A program made the translations under genes and the position numbers. Below are positions 24,241 through 34,659 of a stretch of 64,000 bases of DNA, one piece after another. Below the pieces are notes generated by a model, which did not search any database, was not told where the DNA came from, and saw nothing but the letters and a program-made list of their open reading frames with translations. The DNA is from Schmidtea nova (Eukaryota). Within the stretch, counting starts at the first letter, position 1; every line of letters begins with the position of its first letter. The stretch covers positions 19,840,001-19,904,000 of the forward strand of contig CM097883.1 in the NCBI GenBank assembly GCA_044892505.1. Reading direction: 5' to 3'.

Positions 24241-25860
24241 GATTTGGTCAATTTTCTGTTTCTTTTTTCTCTAATTTACTTCTAATCAGTTTAAAATCGG
24301 TCGTCCGAGTTTCCTTCTGCTAAATGTAGCTTCGTCTAGAACAATTATCTTGTTTTCAGTACTAACTCTTCGATATTTGTAAGCCGGCAATTAGTTTAAA
24401 AATTTAGATAAATTGCTTTTATATTTTACAATATAATTTAAGTTTATTTTATTCTTCGATTTCAATAATTTAAGATTTATTAAAATATGCAAGAATTAAT
24501 TTAATAATATCAAAGATAAAATCTATTTTAAAAAGGGGTTATGAGCAATCTGAATAAGTAAAACATGTAAGCAAATCTTACATGTTATTCTCACATATTG
24601 TTAAAATATTGTCAGTTTTAGTAAAATATTTAAACATTCGTAACGTTTAACACAGTAAATAGGGTGGGAATATGAATATTATGTCATGTAAATAGACTGA
24701 AAAAAGTATTTTTGCATAAACATGGATGATTTTAGGATTTATTTTACTGAAAACTCGCCAATTTAGTAATTTTTGATGACTTTAGTAAAAACAGTCATTT
24801 GTAGTGCCTATTTGAGAACCAGTTAGTTAGAAAGCACTTGTTAAAGTAAATCAGTGGGGTTTATGCAAATGTACTACCAATTACTGACACCACACGCAAA
24901 TGATGTGTATAAATAATGCACGTAATCGGTTGACGTAATTTTACCAAACAGGTCACGATTTTCATATAATACAATGTAATAAGTCAAAAGATGGGATATG
25001 GCGGGGATTAAAACATTTTTATAGATAAACTTAAAATTATTAACATTAAGACACTGCTCAACATAGAACACACCAATCAGAGAATATTCAGACAATTAGA
25101 GTCAGAAATTTATCAAATCAAAATTTTTTTCTTTAATGCTAGAGTCATTTTCACTCACAATGATTTGATATGTTTCATCAGAATCTTTATTCAATTTTGT
25201 AGCTTCGTCTTTACAGTTCCACGATCTAAGATAAGTTAGATCGAATTCTAATAGAATCATCAACTTTTGACAAATATATCGAGACAATTATGTTTATTGG
25301 TAACTTCTAACGCGTTTCACAGCTAAGCCGAGTTCGGTACTCAACAATGTCTAGTTCACTTGAAAAAAAAATTAAATAAGTAAAATTAAACTACATATTT
25401 ATTGAATGAAAATACATGATTATACACATCTTGTTTAGTTAATATACAGATTCAAAGATTATTATTACCTTAAAATAATATTTCATGTTATATTCCTATA
25501 TATGTTAGTTGCTTGATATGTATGCATGCTACTAAAGTTCGCCTCTAATGTTATTCATAAGCGACATATTTTAACTGTTTTCAGTGTTTCTTAACAAATG
25601 GTAAAAATGTATTGCTTATATAATTTTTTTGGAGTGGCATTAGCTAATCAAAATGGGTTAAAAGTAAATAAGTCATTTCATATTTTTGGGAAAAATAAAT
25701 CTTGACAGATTTAGTCATTTTCCACATAAAATTAATTATTTTAAATTCTTATATTATAAAAACACACATATTATTTCCTATATTAATTTAAATTATAAGA
25801 AATCAAGTAAGTATTAGTCAAGGGTAGCTAGCTACCAAGACATAATCCACAACGTATTTT

Positions 25861-27006
25861 TCATATGCCATGAATGTGCCGTCAAGACCGCGTTATAAAC
25901 ACTGACCGAATTTATTAAATGTGTTGTATGTTGTGTCATATGCCATGAATGTGTCGTCAAGACCGCGTTATAAACACTATGACCGAATTTATTTAATGTG
26001 TTGTATGTTGTGTCATATGCTATGAATGTGCCGTCAAGACCGCGTTATAAACACTATGACCGAATTTATTTAATGTGTTGTATGTTGTGTCATATGCCAT
26101 GAATGTGCCGTCAAGACCGCGTTATAAACACTTTGACCGAATTTATTAGATGTGTTGTAGCAGAGGTCCCCCATTAGGTTGGATTACGGTCGTCCACCAC
26201 ATTGACTGTATTTTATGTGTTGTATGTTATGTCATATGCCATGAATGTGCCGTCAAGACCGCGTTATAAACACTATGACCGAATTTATTTAATGTGTTGT
26301 ATGTTGTGTCATATGCCATGAATGTGCCGTGAAGACCGCGTTATAAACACTATGACCGAATTTATTAAATGTGTTGTAGCAGAGGTCCCCCATTAGGTTG
26401 GATTACGGTCGTCCACCACATTGACTGTATTTAATGTGTTGTATGTTGTGTCATATGCCATGAATGTGCCGTCAAGACCGCGTTATAAACACTATGACCG
26501 AATTTATTAGATGTGTTGTAGCAGAGGTCCCCCATTAGGTTGGATTACGGTCGTCCACCACATTGACTGTATTTATTGTGTTGTATGTTGTGTCATATGC
26601 CATGAATGTGCCGTCAAGACCGCGTTATAAACACTGTGACCGAATTTATTTGTTGTGTTGTATGTTGTGTCATATGCCATGAATGTGCCGTCAAGACCGC
26701 GTTATAAACACTGTGACCGAATTTATTTGTTGTGTTGTATGTTGTGTCATATGCCATGAATATGTCGTCAAGACCGCGTTATAAACACTATGACCGAATT
26801 TATTAAAAGTGTTGTAGCAGAGGTCCCCCATTAGGTTGGATTACGGTCGTCCACCACATTGACTTTATTTAATGTGTTGTATGTTGTGTCATATGCCATG
26901 AATGTGCCGTCAAGACCCCGTTATGAACACTATGACCGAATTTATTAAATGTGTTGTAGCAGAGGTCCCCAATTAGGTTGGATTACGGTCGTCCACCACA
27001 TTGACT
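25861..27006. repeat. Two-monomer tandem array (77-bp unit A, 65-bp unit B)
   Basis: Unit starts at 25921, 25998, 26075 (A), 26152 (B), 26217, 26294 (A), 26371 (B), 26436 (A), 26513 (B), 26578, 26655, 26732 (A), 26809 (B), 26874 (A), 26951 (B). Confidence 0.95.
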
Positions 27007-28014
27007 GGCATGCTTCTAAATAAAAAATTAAGGAATAACCTCTCACTCAAACCTCATTTATTAATACAATCATTTAAATACATATAAATACAAACATCAA
27101 TTAATACAAAAAACATTTTTTAGAAATATCTGTCACAAAAAATTATAATTAATGATTAAATACATATTTTGTTGGTGTTCGTGAGTTATTGGCAAATAAA
27201 CGAAAAATTATTACTTTGGCTATATCCTCAATAGCGTCGCATGATAACATTGTAAAACCATATTGTTACCCTTTACAATATAACGCTAGTCCTGTAACAA
27301 ATTAGTGGACATCCGCAAAAAGTGAGTTTCAAGTGGGTCAAAACTATAATTGGCCAGATGTCTCTGATGGGTTTAAGGGCGACCGATTGAAGGTATAATC
27401 CTCGTTTATGTCCCTTAATTATTTAAAATATCTACACTCTCCAAGTAACACTAGTATAGAGATTTTATCGATTACTTTGTTAGGCAAGTAATGGTAAAAC
27501 ATTTCTTACTTTTATTGTCTAAACACTTTATAAATGCAAATTTCATTTTAACTACTAGTAATTTATTAATAAAAATAATGACTTGGATTTTGAATTTAAT
27601 AAAATGGAGGGTGACGAATTACGAGCTGGAGACTTATAACGTTCCAAGTGTGAAATACGATCTTTAAGGTCGCGAATGGAACAAAGAGTATGAGCAACCA
27701 AGTTGACGGAGATTGGTTCTCATCTAAAAAGAATGGACAGTTAAAATTTGGTCTCGAGTTAATGTCAGCAAAAACAGCCCCTCGAACAATTTTGGGCTTT
27801 TTAGGCTTAGGTTTGAGCTTCTGACACCATTTTAAGTATCCTCAACACAATTAAAATTTCAAAGGTTCTTAACATCATTTTTATTTAAAAAAAAACCAGA
27901 ACAAATCTGCAAATTTTTTCAAATAAAAAATATAAAAAGGAAAAACTAATCACAATTTTAAAACTAATAATCAAAATAAAGTGAAATAATAAAACAAATG
28001 CCTTTTTCATAGCT

Positions 28015-28290
28015 TTTAAGGTACATAATAATTAATAAAGAAAGCAAAGCAAGAAATATTTACAAATAACTTCCAAATTGGATCCTTTTTTATACTATTT
28101 TGTAATTTCGGGATTTTCTCTATTTCTTCTGCTGTCATTGTTGGTTAATCATTTGCGTTTCTAAGATCTTCAATGCCATAGACCCAATTTACTGCTTTCC
28201 TGTACCAAGGCGAAGGTAAATCACTACTCGTTGTAAAATTATTGCTCTTTTTATCATCTATTTCAAAATCACTTTCATAGCATAAATTTC
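28015..28290 (-). pseudogene. Remnant of the C-terminal exon of an SLC5/SGLT-like sodium:solute symporter
   Basis: PWYRKAVNWVYGIE...*PTMTAEE...KDPIWKLFVNI resembles the SGLT tail (RAYDLFCGLE..PKMTEEE..EKPLWRTVLNV). One TAA; no upstream exons seen. Confidence 0.5.
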
Positions 28291-28790
28291 CGTTTCCTTT
28301 ATTGACTTATGATTTTAATTTTTATATTTATTTATCAATTCCAAAACAACGTTTCCTCTTGATATTTATACTAATTTCTCGTGCTTGAGTAATTTTAAGT
28401 AATTTTCCAAAATTTTTAGACCACTACACCTACTTTTAGTGGATTTTGGATGTGTACTTGGTTTGGAAATTTCCTTATTGTAACTTCTTGGTTGTCTATG
28501 TGTATGTTGTTTTGTATATTTTTATAAAATGTCTTCCAAATTGACGAAATGTTGTTTTGTATATTTTTATAAAATGTCTTGTGGTGCGTGCATGTGTAGC
28601 ATGTATAAGAGTCATTTGAGGACGTTGAATTAAAACACTGGTCTGCGTTAAAAAACTTTTTTGAGGTCAAGGGTTTTGAAGCTTTTTTAGTATAATTTTG
28701 GTATGCTGATTTCGAAATTGCCACTCATTTTACTTGTTTGGCTCTAGTTTTTGTTCTACAGACTAATATTTTATTTTTAACATATGTGGT

Positions 28791-29680
28791 CACTGAATAA
28801 ATACAAAATGGAAATACAATGTTACCAAAGAGATTCAGTCAGACAGAAATGATCGTTTTAGGGCCTTTCGCGCATGTGTCACAACTAGAGTATCTCTTTT
28901 CAAACACCAGCAATAGTCAGCGAGCATATTTATATCCCATCTACCTTGATATCGTTCCTCCATGTTCCCCTTGTTCTTCACTATAATCGCCACAGTTATC
29001 TGGAAAGTAGTCCAAATGAGAACTGAGGAAGTGCAATTTCAATGACATTCGCGCACCAAGTAGTTTGAAGCTCTGAAGAAGATTCTTAATCTCGTGTTGA
29101 TACTGGGGACTCCGATGATTACCTAAGAAATTGATAACTATTGTCTTGAAGGCTTTTCCACGCTGTCTTCTCTTTGGGATTAAGTGACGAATCGAAATTG
29201 TTGTCCTTCATAAGTTCTCAAATCTGCGGGCCATCAAAAATTCCGTTGCTTAGCTTAGATTCTCTGATAGTTGGAAATTTGCGTTTCAGGAAAGTAATTG
29301 CTCGACTATCTTCCCTAAGCACTTTGATAAAAAGCCGCATAATGCCAAGCTTGATGTGGTAGTAGGATTTTTTAAGGATTTAGCAGAGGTTGCGAAAGTA
29401 CGTTGTAGGATCCAGGTTGTAATGCCTGTCTTTCTGGCCAGTCGCACTTGATGTAGTGCTGTTCGTCTGCCCGACTGTCCCACATGCATAAAAAACGGAT
29501 ATTTTGTATAACCACCTTGTAGACCCAAAACCAACTCCACAACCTGAAATGATATTGAGTACAAAAGTTATAGAATTTCTGTAAGTAATTTAAGCGTGCT
29601 GCTTACCTTAAGGTCTCCGCAAATCAACCAATTGTGTTGCGAATAATTCAACGAACAATAGAAGAAACAAAATGCCAGAT
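28791..29680 (-). mobile_element. Chapaev-3 (CMC) DNA transposon remnant with an intron-containing transposase pseudogene
   Basis: NWLICGDLK|intron GTAAG..TTCAG|VV.LVLGLQGGYTKYP...HIKLG..GIFDGPQI..FLGN..MSLKLHFLSSHLDYFP..SEEQGE..MEERYQGRWDINMLADYCW. A CACTG terminus is present at 28791; the other end was not found. Confidence 0.8.
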
Positions 29681-30626
29681 CCTACAAGAGGGATTCAAAA
29701 ATTCATTACAAAGATTAGCTTCCGAGACTTTTCATAAAAAAATACAAACCGTCCATCAACATTCAATTCGCACAAAAAAATTAAAATAAAATAAATTTTT
29801 TCATCCAATAAAATCATTATAAAATATTAAAAAAATAATTAAGGCTACTATTTAGGATTAAGTAAATATAACGATAGAAATACACACTTGATAAAGGCTG
29901 TGCCGAAATATTGTGTTATTGTTTATAAAAAAAATTTTTGATCTATAGTCATTATGAGAATTATTGATAATAATAATAAAAAAAGATCAAAGGTGAAAAA
30001 AGATAATTATGATATTTTAATTTAATGTTATGATAGAAAATTATTTTATAATTGCAAGCCCTTTCTGTTTATGTAATCAACTCTCGATGTTGTGGCGCTT
30101 TCAGCATTTTAATTAAAAAGAACATTTGTTATCCATTTGTTATGTCATTGCATCGCGTGTGGTGTCTCTTGGAAATTAATGATAAAAATAGGATCTCCAT
30201 TAGTTCGTTAAATTTTTACTAATGGAAAATCCATTAGCGATAGGGGAGTTTATTTTTCTCCCCCGGTTAAACCTCGTATCGTCAATTATCTGAGGAAAAC
30301 TGCTAAGTGGTTTTTAATTTAAATTTTCCCTTCTCACCATGAGTTAATGTGCGGGTGTGTTGTCTGAGATCAATTTTCGGATAATGGATTTTCCTTCTCT
30401 CTTGTTAGTACAATTTGGGAAGTGAGGTTTTATTTCTTCTAATTGCAGAAAAATTCAGCTGGTGTCGAATCTGCATGACTGAAATTGACTTCTAAGATTA
30501 TGTTAATTTTATTCTAATATCTACAACAATTTGATTGATTTCGCACATTCTGAGTTAAAATTAAGATATTTTCCGCTACGGGTTCATCGTAATGGATATA
30601 TTTTCACTCCTTGGTTCTATGTTTAG

Positions 30627-30815
30627 TTATCCCGGTCTGTTATCTGGCTCAATGAAACGCAATTTGCATTTGATGGGAATGGGGCTGATATCAAACGGAG
30701 TTTCCTTCGAGAGGCGGTTGCGGGTCTCCTTGAGATCCACGTAAAACTCCCCCGCCCCTCCTGAACTACTTGTTGCTTGAGCAGTTGGTGCTGGAGTTGT
30801 TGATGCTGCTGCCAT
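30627..30815 (-). pseudogene. Start of a possible second structural/capsid ORF (MAAASTTPAP...GGAG), decayed downstream
   Basis: ATG overlaps the end of the 30766 ORF. Stop-interrupted protein-like frames continue toward about 30200. Confidence 0.35.
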
Positions 30816-32534
30816 CGCATTTAATGTTTCTGTAATTGTATGTATGCTTATGAACTTCGTTATTATATACAGTTAGATGATCATTTACAACAGGCGAATG
30901 ATCATGAACTACGACATCATCTCGATTTTCAACGGTCTTATATATCTTTTTTTCATAAGCGACCATGTCGGATGTATATGCAGCACTCCATAACCCACGA
31001 GTAGGAGATTTGTCATGATTAAATTGTCTTAGATAATTTAAAACTCTCCCTCGTTGTAATGTTTTATAAAAATTACTTTGATGGTAATCCTCGTGTTTAA
31101 TCTTATGAATGAATTTATCAAATTTGTCATGTAATTGTTCTGTGGTTTGAAAACCTTTTTTTATTGGTACATTTCTTTTAGTTCTTTCTAAAGTTAGGTC
31201 TTCGTCTTCACCTGGATCTATATGGTCGTGATTTATTAATTTAAACATGCGGTGTTCCGCTAAGCCTTCTAAACTTTCTAACTGCCTCATGGTATTACCT
31301 ATAGCTTGCTGTATCCTCTTAACAGGAGCCAGATCAGGTCTTCTTTGAAAAAAATAAGCATATAGCCATTCGTTACCCTCCATTATAGCCGGTAGATTTT
31401 TATACCACTTCCACCAACCGTGTTTTATTATTTCTTCATCTGTATATTTATCTTTTTTGCGACTATAGGAGAAATATCATTAAGAGGGGTCATATCCATC
31501 CATCGTTTAAGTATGTCATCTGCGTATTTGTGATATTTTGGAGATATATTGATATATTTATCAAGATCTTTATGTTCATCTAAATATCTTGAATCGAGTG
31601 TGTAACGGTGTTGTTTATTATAAGAAAATATTTCTCGCAAATCTACTTTTTTGTATAATTCTTCTATTTTAAAAACATCTATCAGGTCATCTGAATTAAC
31701 ATAATCAAAAAATGCCTTTTCATCCTTAGTATAGTCAAACATAAATTCTCTGGTACTATTATACCTACCAGTCTTCATATTTTGTAAAAGTGTCATAAAG
31801 ACATCACTTATTGTTTGGCCAATAACGTCACCTTTTTTAATTGGTATCTTCCGTAAAGCTCGTAATTGCGGTCTAACATAATTACGTAATGCATAGTCTA
31901 AAGTTTTACTGTTAAATTTCCAGTTCATACCCATTGGATTAAATATATCAGATCGTAACGACTTTAAACTATTGCTCATTAACAGAGAATGATATGGGTT
32001 TGAACGTAATTTATTTTCGAGGTTCCGTAAACCTTTCGAGATAGTTGGTTTAATAGTAGTACTGTATATCTTATACATAAATGTTAATGCATCATAATAC
32101 CAGGTATCATTTAGTTTTTTAATATCCCGACCGCTACTTAAAAATTTTACGATAGACGTTGAATATTCAAGATTTTGTACATAATTTTTCATTGACTTGC
32201 GTTCTTCCGGAGAAAGTATTACACTGTTTATTAATCATAATTTACTTTCAATAACATTTTTTAATTCAAATACGAAAATAATTAGATTACCAACTAGTTC
32301 TTCATGTGTAGTTTTACCCCTCATATATCTGATGTTCATTATCAAATCTTTATCACTGTGATATCGGGCAGTTCTGTCTGTAGTATTACCGTAGACAATG
32401 TCATGTTTCAGACATTGTTCGTCTATTTTATTTATAGAGATCGAAAATTTGCGAGGAATTTTGTTTTTATCAAGCCTGATATCTGTCCTAGTTCCAGGAC
32501 CACGCAAATGAAATTCGCCTTTAAATTTAGTCAT
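30766..32534 (-). pseudogene. Probable single viral structural gene (about 590 aa) with an N-terminal parvovirus-VP1-like PLA2 domain
   Basis: HLRGPGT..RL...INKIDEQCLKHDIVY...RYHSDKDL is the GPG/HDxxY PLA2 signature. 32235-32534 is in frame with 31428-32192 across one TGA. The 30766 ORF frame is open back to an A-run near 31460, suggesting a frameshift. Confidence 0.7.
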
Positions 32535-32568
32535 AATTATTATTTAAATTCAAAATTTAAATCACTAA

Positions 32569-32571
<3 letters not shown>

Positions 32572-32624
<53 letters not shown>
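32572..32624. repeat. (AT)n microsatellite in the viral intergenic region
   Basis: Direct reading of the sequence. Confidence 0.95.
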
Positions 32625-32627
<3 letters not shown>

Positions 32628-32702
32628 TTAATAATTTAAATTTATAATTTATATAGCAACTTAATCACTATATAAGTAAGATTGACTTAAAATCATTTCA
32701 TT

Positions 32703-33155
32703 ATGATTGCTGAAGTTGAAAGTACTGTATCGTTACTTGAAGTCGAAGCCCACACCCGAGCTTTAAAAGAATATAATTTATTATTAATTGGTCCACGCAG
32801 TTTATTACTCAAGAAGTTAATTAAAGTAATAACACCATTAGATCAATTTGAATGCAGCCCATGGATAACAAGGAATCCTCAAAATTTTTGGAGGGAACTT
32901 CAAGTACGTTATTTAATTCTGTAATAATTTTATGTTTTGTAGTATCTAGAAACACTCGTAAGCGACCTCGAAATATGTCCACCACTGCGAATGCTAAACG
33001 ACAACGAACCAAAAAAGATATTCCATCAAGTCCAAACGAAACATCTCCCAATGTGCCAACAGGACAGATGCACAGTGTGCATTGTTCTCCGCAACTCACT
33101 TCGGTGTCTACAACAGATGAGCCAAGGGCCAACATTATCAAACTCCGAGAAATGA
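32703..33155 (+). CDS. Spliced 137-aa accessory ORF (exons 32703-32903 and 32943-33155)
   Basis: 39-nt phase-0 intron GTACGT...TTTGTAG. Exon 2 is open for 70 codons with H..CxxxxCxxC. Its TGA overlaps the Rep ATG (ATGA at 33152-33155). Confidence 0.6.
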
Positions 33156-34111
33156 AAACTGACCAATTGGTTGGTAAAATTAATTCAAGTTCTACTTCCG
33201 CAGTGGGAGATGCAAGCAACAATCCAGGCACTAATATCTTTAGAAAGCGATACTACCTATGGAGTTTTAGTCTCGGAATCCAATATTTTAGAGAACACGA
33301 GCAACTTTTTAGAAGCTTATGGAGCAATGATAAGATATCCCGATTCTTTAGTTGCCAGGAAGAGCTTGGGGATTCTGGTTTCCGGCATCTGCAGTGTATG
33401 CTCGAAACTGCGGCTGTCCGAGCGCAATTCCATATACCTTTTGTTAAATGGCATCCGGCTAATGAACGCTCGATCGTCCATGAGTATGTCACAAAACTCG
33501 AATCCCGCGTCCCAAATGGATTATCAATCCTATATGGAGAGCCGGGTAAGAAAATTGATAATAATAATAATTTTAAGACTGCATTGCTTCTCGATAATTA
33601 TAACGAAGCCCTAAATTTGATAAAAGATAAAGAAGCATTCCACTATATAACCAAACAAAAAGTTATAATAGAGACACTTTTAAATGAATACGGCAAGCCT
33701 ACAGTTGGTAATTTTGATAGTTTTACTGTCGATCCAGTTAATGTTTACGATGAGCACTCTCACATTTTTCTTGGTCCGTCTGGCATTGGCAAAACCAACT
33801 TTGCTCTAAATCATTTCAGAGTTCCAGTACACGTGAAACACTTACAAATGCTTGGTCGAGTTAGTGCCGTTCCAGATAAATGCGATGGGATCGTCTTCGA
33901 TGACCTTTATTTTAATAAATTCAGCGCATCAGAATTCATTGGTTTGGTAGATCTCGCATTTGAGAATTGCATCAATATTAAATACTCAGTTGCCATTATA
34001 CCCAAATGTTGTCCCAGAATCTTTTGTATCAATACCCTTGACAATTTTTTCCCAGATAATATTTCCCCAGAAATAACACATTCATCGTCGTATCAAAATA
34101 CACCATTATAA
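33152..34111 (+). CDS. rep: Rolling-circle replication initiator (HUH endonuclease plus SF3 helicase), CRESS-type
   Basis: Motif I (WSFSL), II (RHLQ), III (YVTK), Walker A GPSGIGKT, Walker B IVFDD, motif C IFCIN. The Arg-finger IHRR continues in another frame after about 34078 (frameshift). The track ORF starts at 32852, but the likely start is ATG 33152. Confidence 0.92.
   Translation: MKTDQLVGKINSSSTSAVGDASNNPGTNIFRKRYYLWSFSLGIQYFREHEQLFRSLWSNDKISRFFSCQEELGDSGFRHLQCMLETAAVRAQFHIPFVKWHPANERSIVHEYVTKLESRVPNGLSILYGEPGKKIDNNNNFKTALLLDNYNEALNLIKDKEAFHYITKQKVIIETLLNEYGKPTVGNFDSFTVDPVNVYDEHSHIFLGPSGIGKTNFALNHFRVPVHVKHLQMLGRVSAVPDKCDGIVFDDLYFNKFSASEFIGLVDLAFENCINIKYSVAIIPKCCPRIFCINTLDNFFPDNISPEITHSSSYQNTPL
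33171..33614 (+). CDS. ORF overprinted on the Rep endonuclease domain
   Basis: 147 open codons in an alternative frame, the same frame as the spliced upstream ORF and separated from it only by TGA 33153-33155. Confidence 0.45.
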   Translation: MVKLIQVLLPQWEMQATIQALISLESDTTYGVLVSESNILENTSNFLEAYGAMIRYPDSLVARKSLGILVSGICSVCSKLRLSERNSIYLLLNGIRLMNARSSMSMSQNSNPASQMDYQSYMESRVRKLIIIIILRLHCFSIIITKP

Positions 34112-34617
34112 AGAAAAATTATTTGAGACATATTTCTGATAACGAAGTAAACATATCATCAAATGTTAATGTATTTATCTTTTATAGGCGATCGAGAACC
34201 CGTATCTGAATGCGAATCAGATATTCAGAACTTTCCTAGAAGACGAGCAAACAGAAGCTTCAGTACAATTTCCTGCCGATATTGTGGCCGACAACTTAGA
34301 CTTTTTCTAGGAATCTGCGATTTAGATTGTTAATATTGTTAAGTTAATATAACTCTGTTAAGTTAAATTGCCTTGTAATGTTATAATTAAATAAATATTA
34401 TTGAAATAATATTGATTTATTTTAAGTTAGTAAAACATTTTATATTAAGTAAGCTACATTAACTTAAATGCATTTTGGGTAAGTAATTATAACTTACTCA
34501 TAATATAAAGTTATAGATAAGTAACATCATATAATTAAAGTCGAAGACTGTCCTCGGCTGGGTTTCAGTACACTTGGGTGAGGGGTGGGGGGGGGGCGAA
34601 GCCTAGAGGGTTTCTAT

Positions 34618-34659
34618 GCACGCCCATGGGCGTGCTATATAGTGAGCCAGGGCTCACTA
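34618..34659. other. Two adjacent palindromes (possible terminal hairpin arms or origin)
   Basis: GCACGCCCATGGGCGTGC is a perfect 18-bp palindrome; TAGTGAGCC-AG-GGCTCACTA is a 9-bp stem. A G-run precedes them. Confidence 0.7.

Noticed and set aside
25861-27006. CRISPR-like repeat-spacer array
   Set aside because: Only two recurring spacer types, eukaryotic context, and no cas genes.
32535-32950. Canonical CRESS origin (NANTATTAC in a stem-loop)
   Set aside because: Only partial TTATTAC matches on minus (about 32826 and 32921) with no flanking stem.
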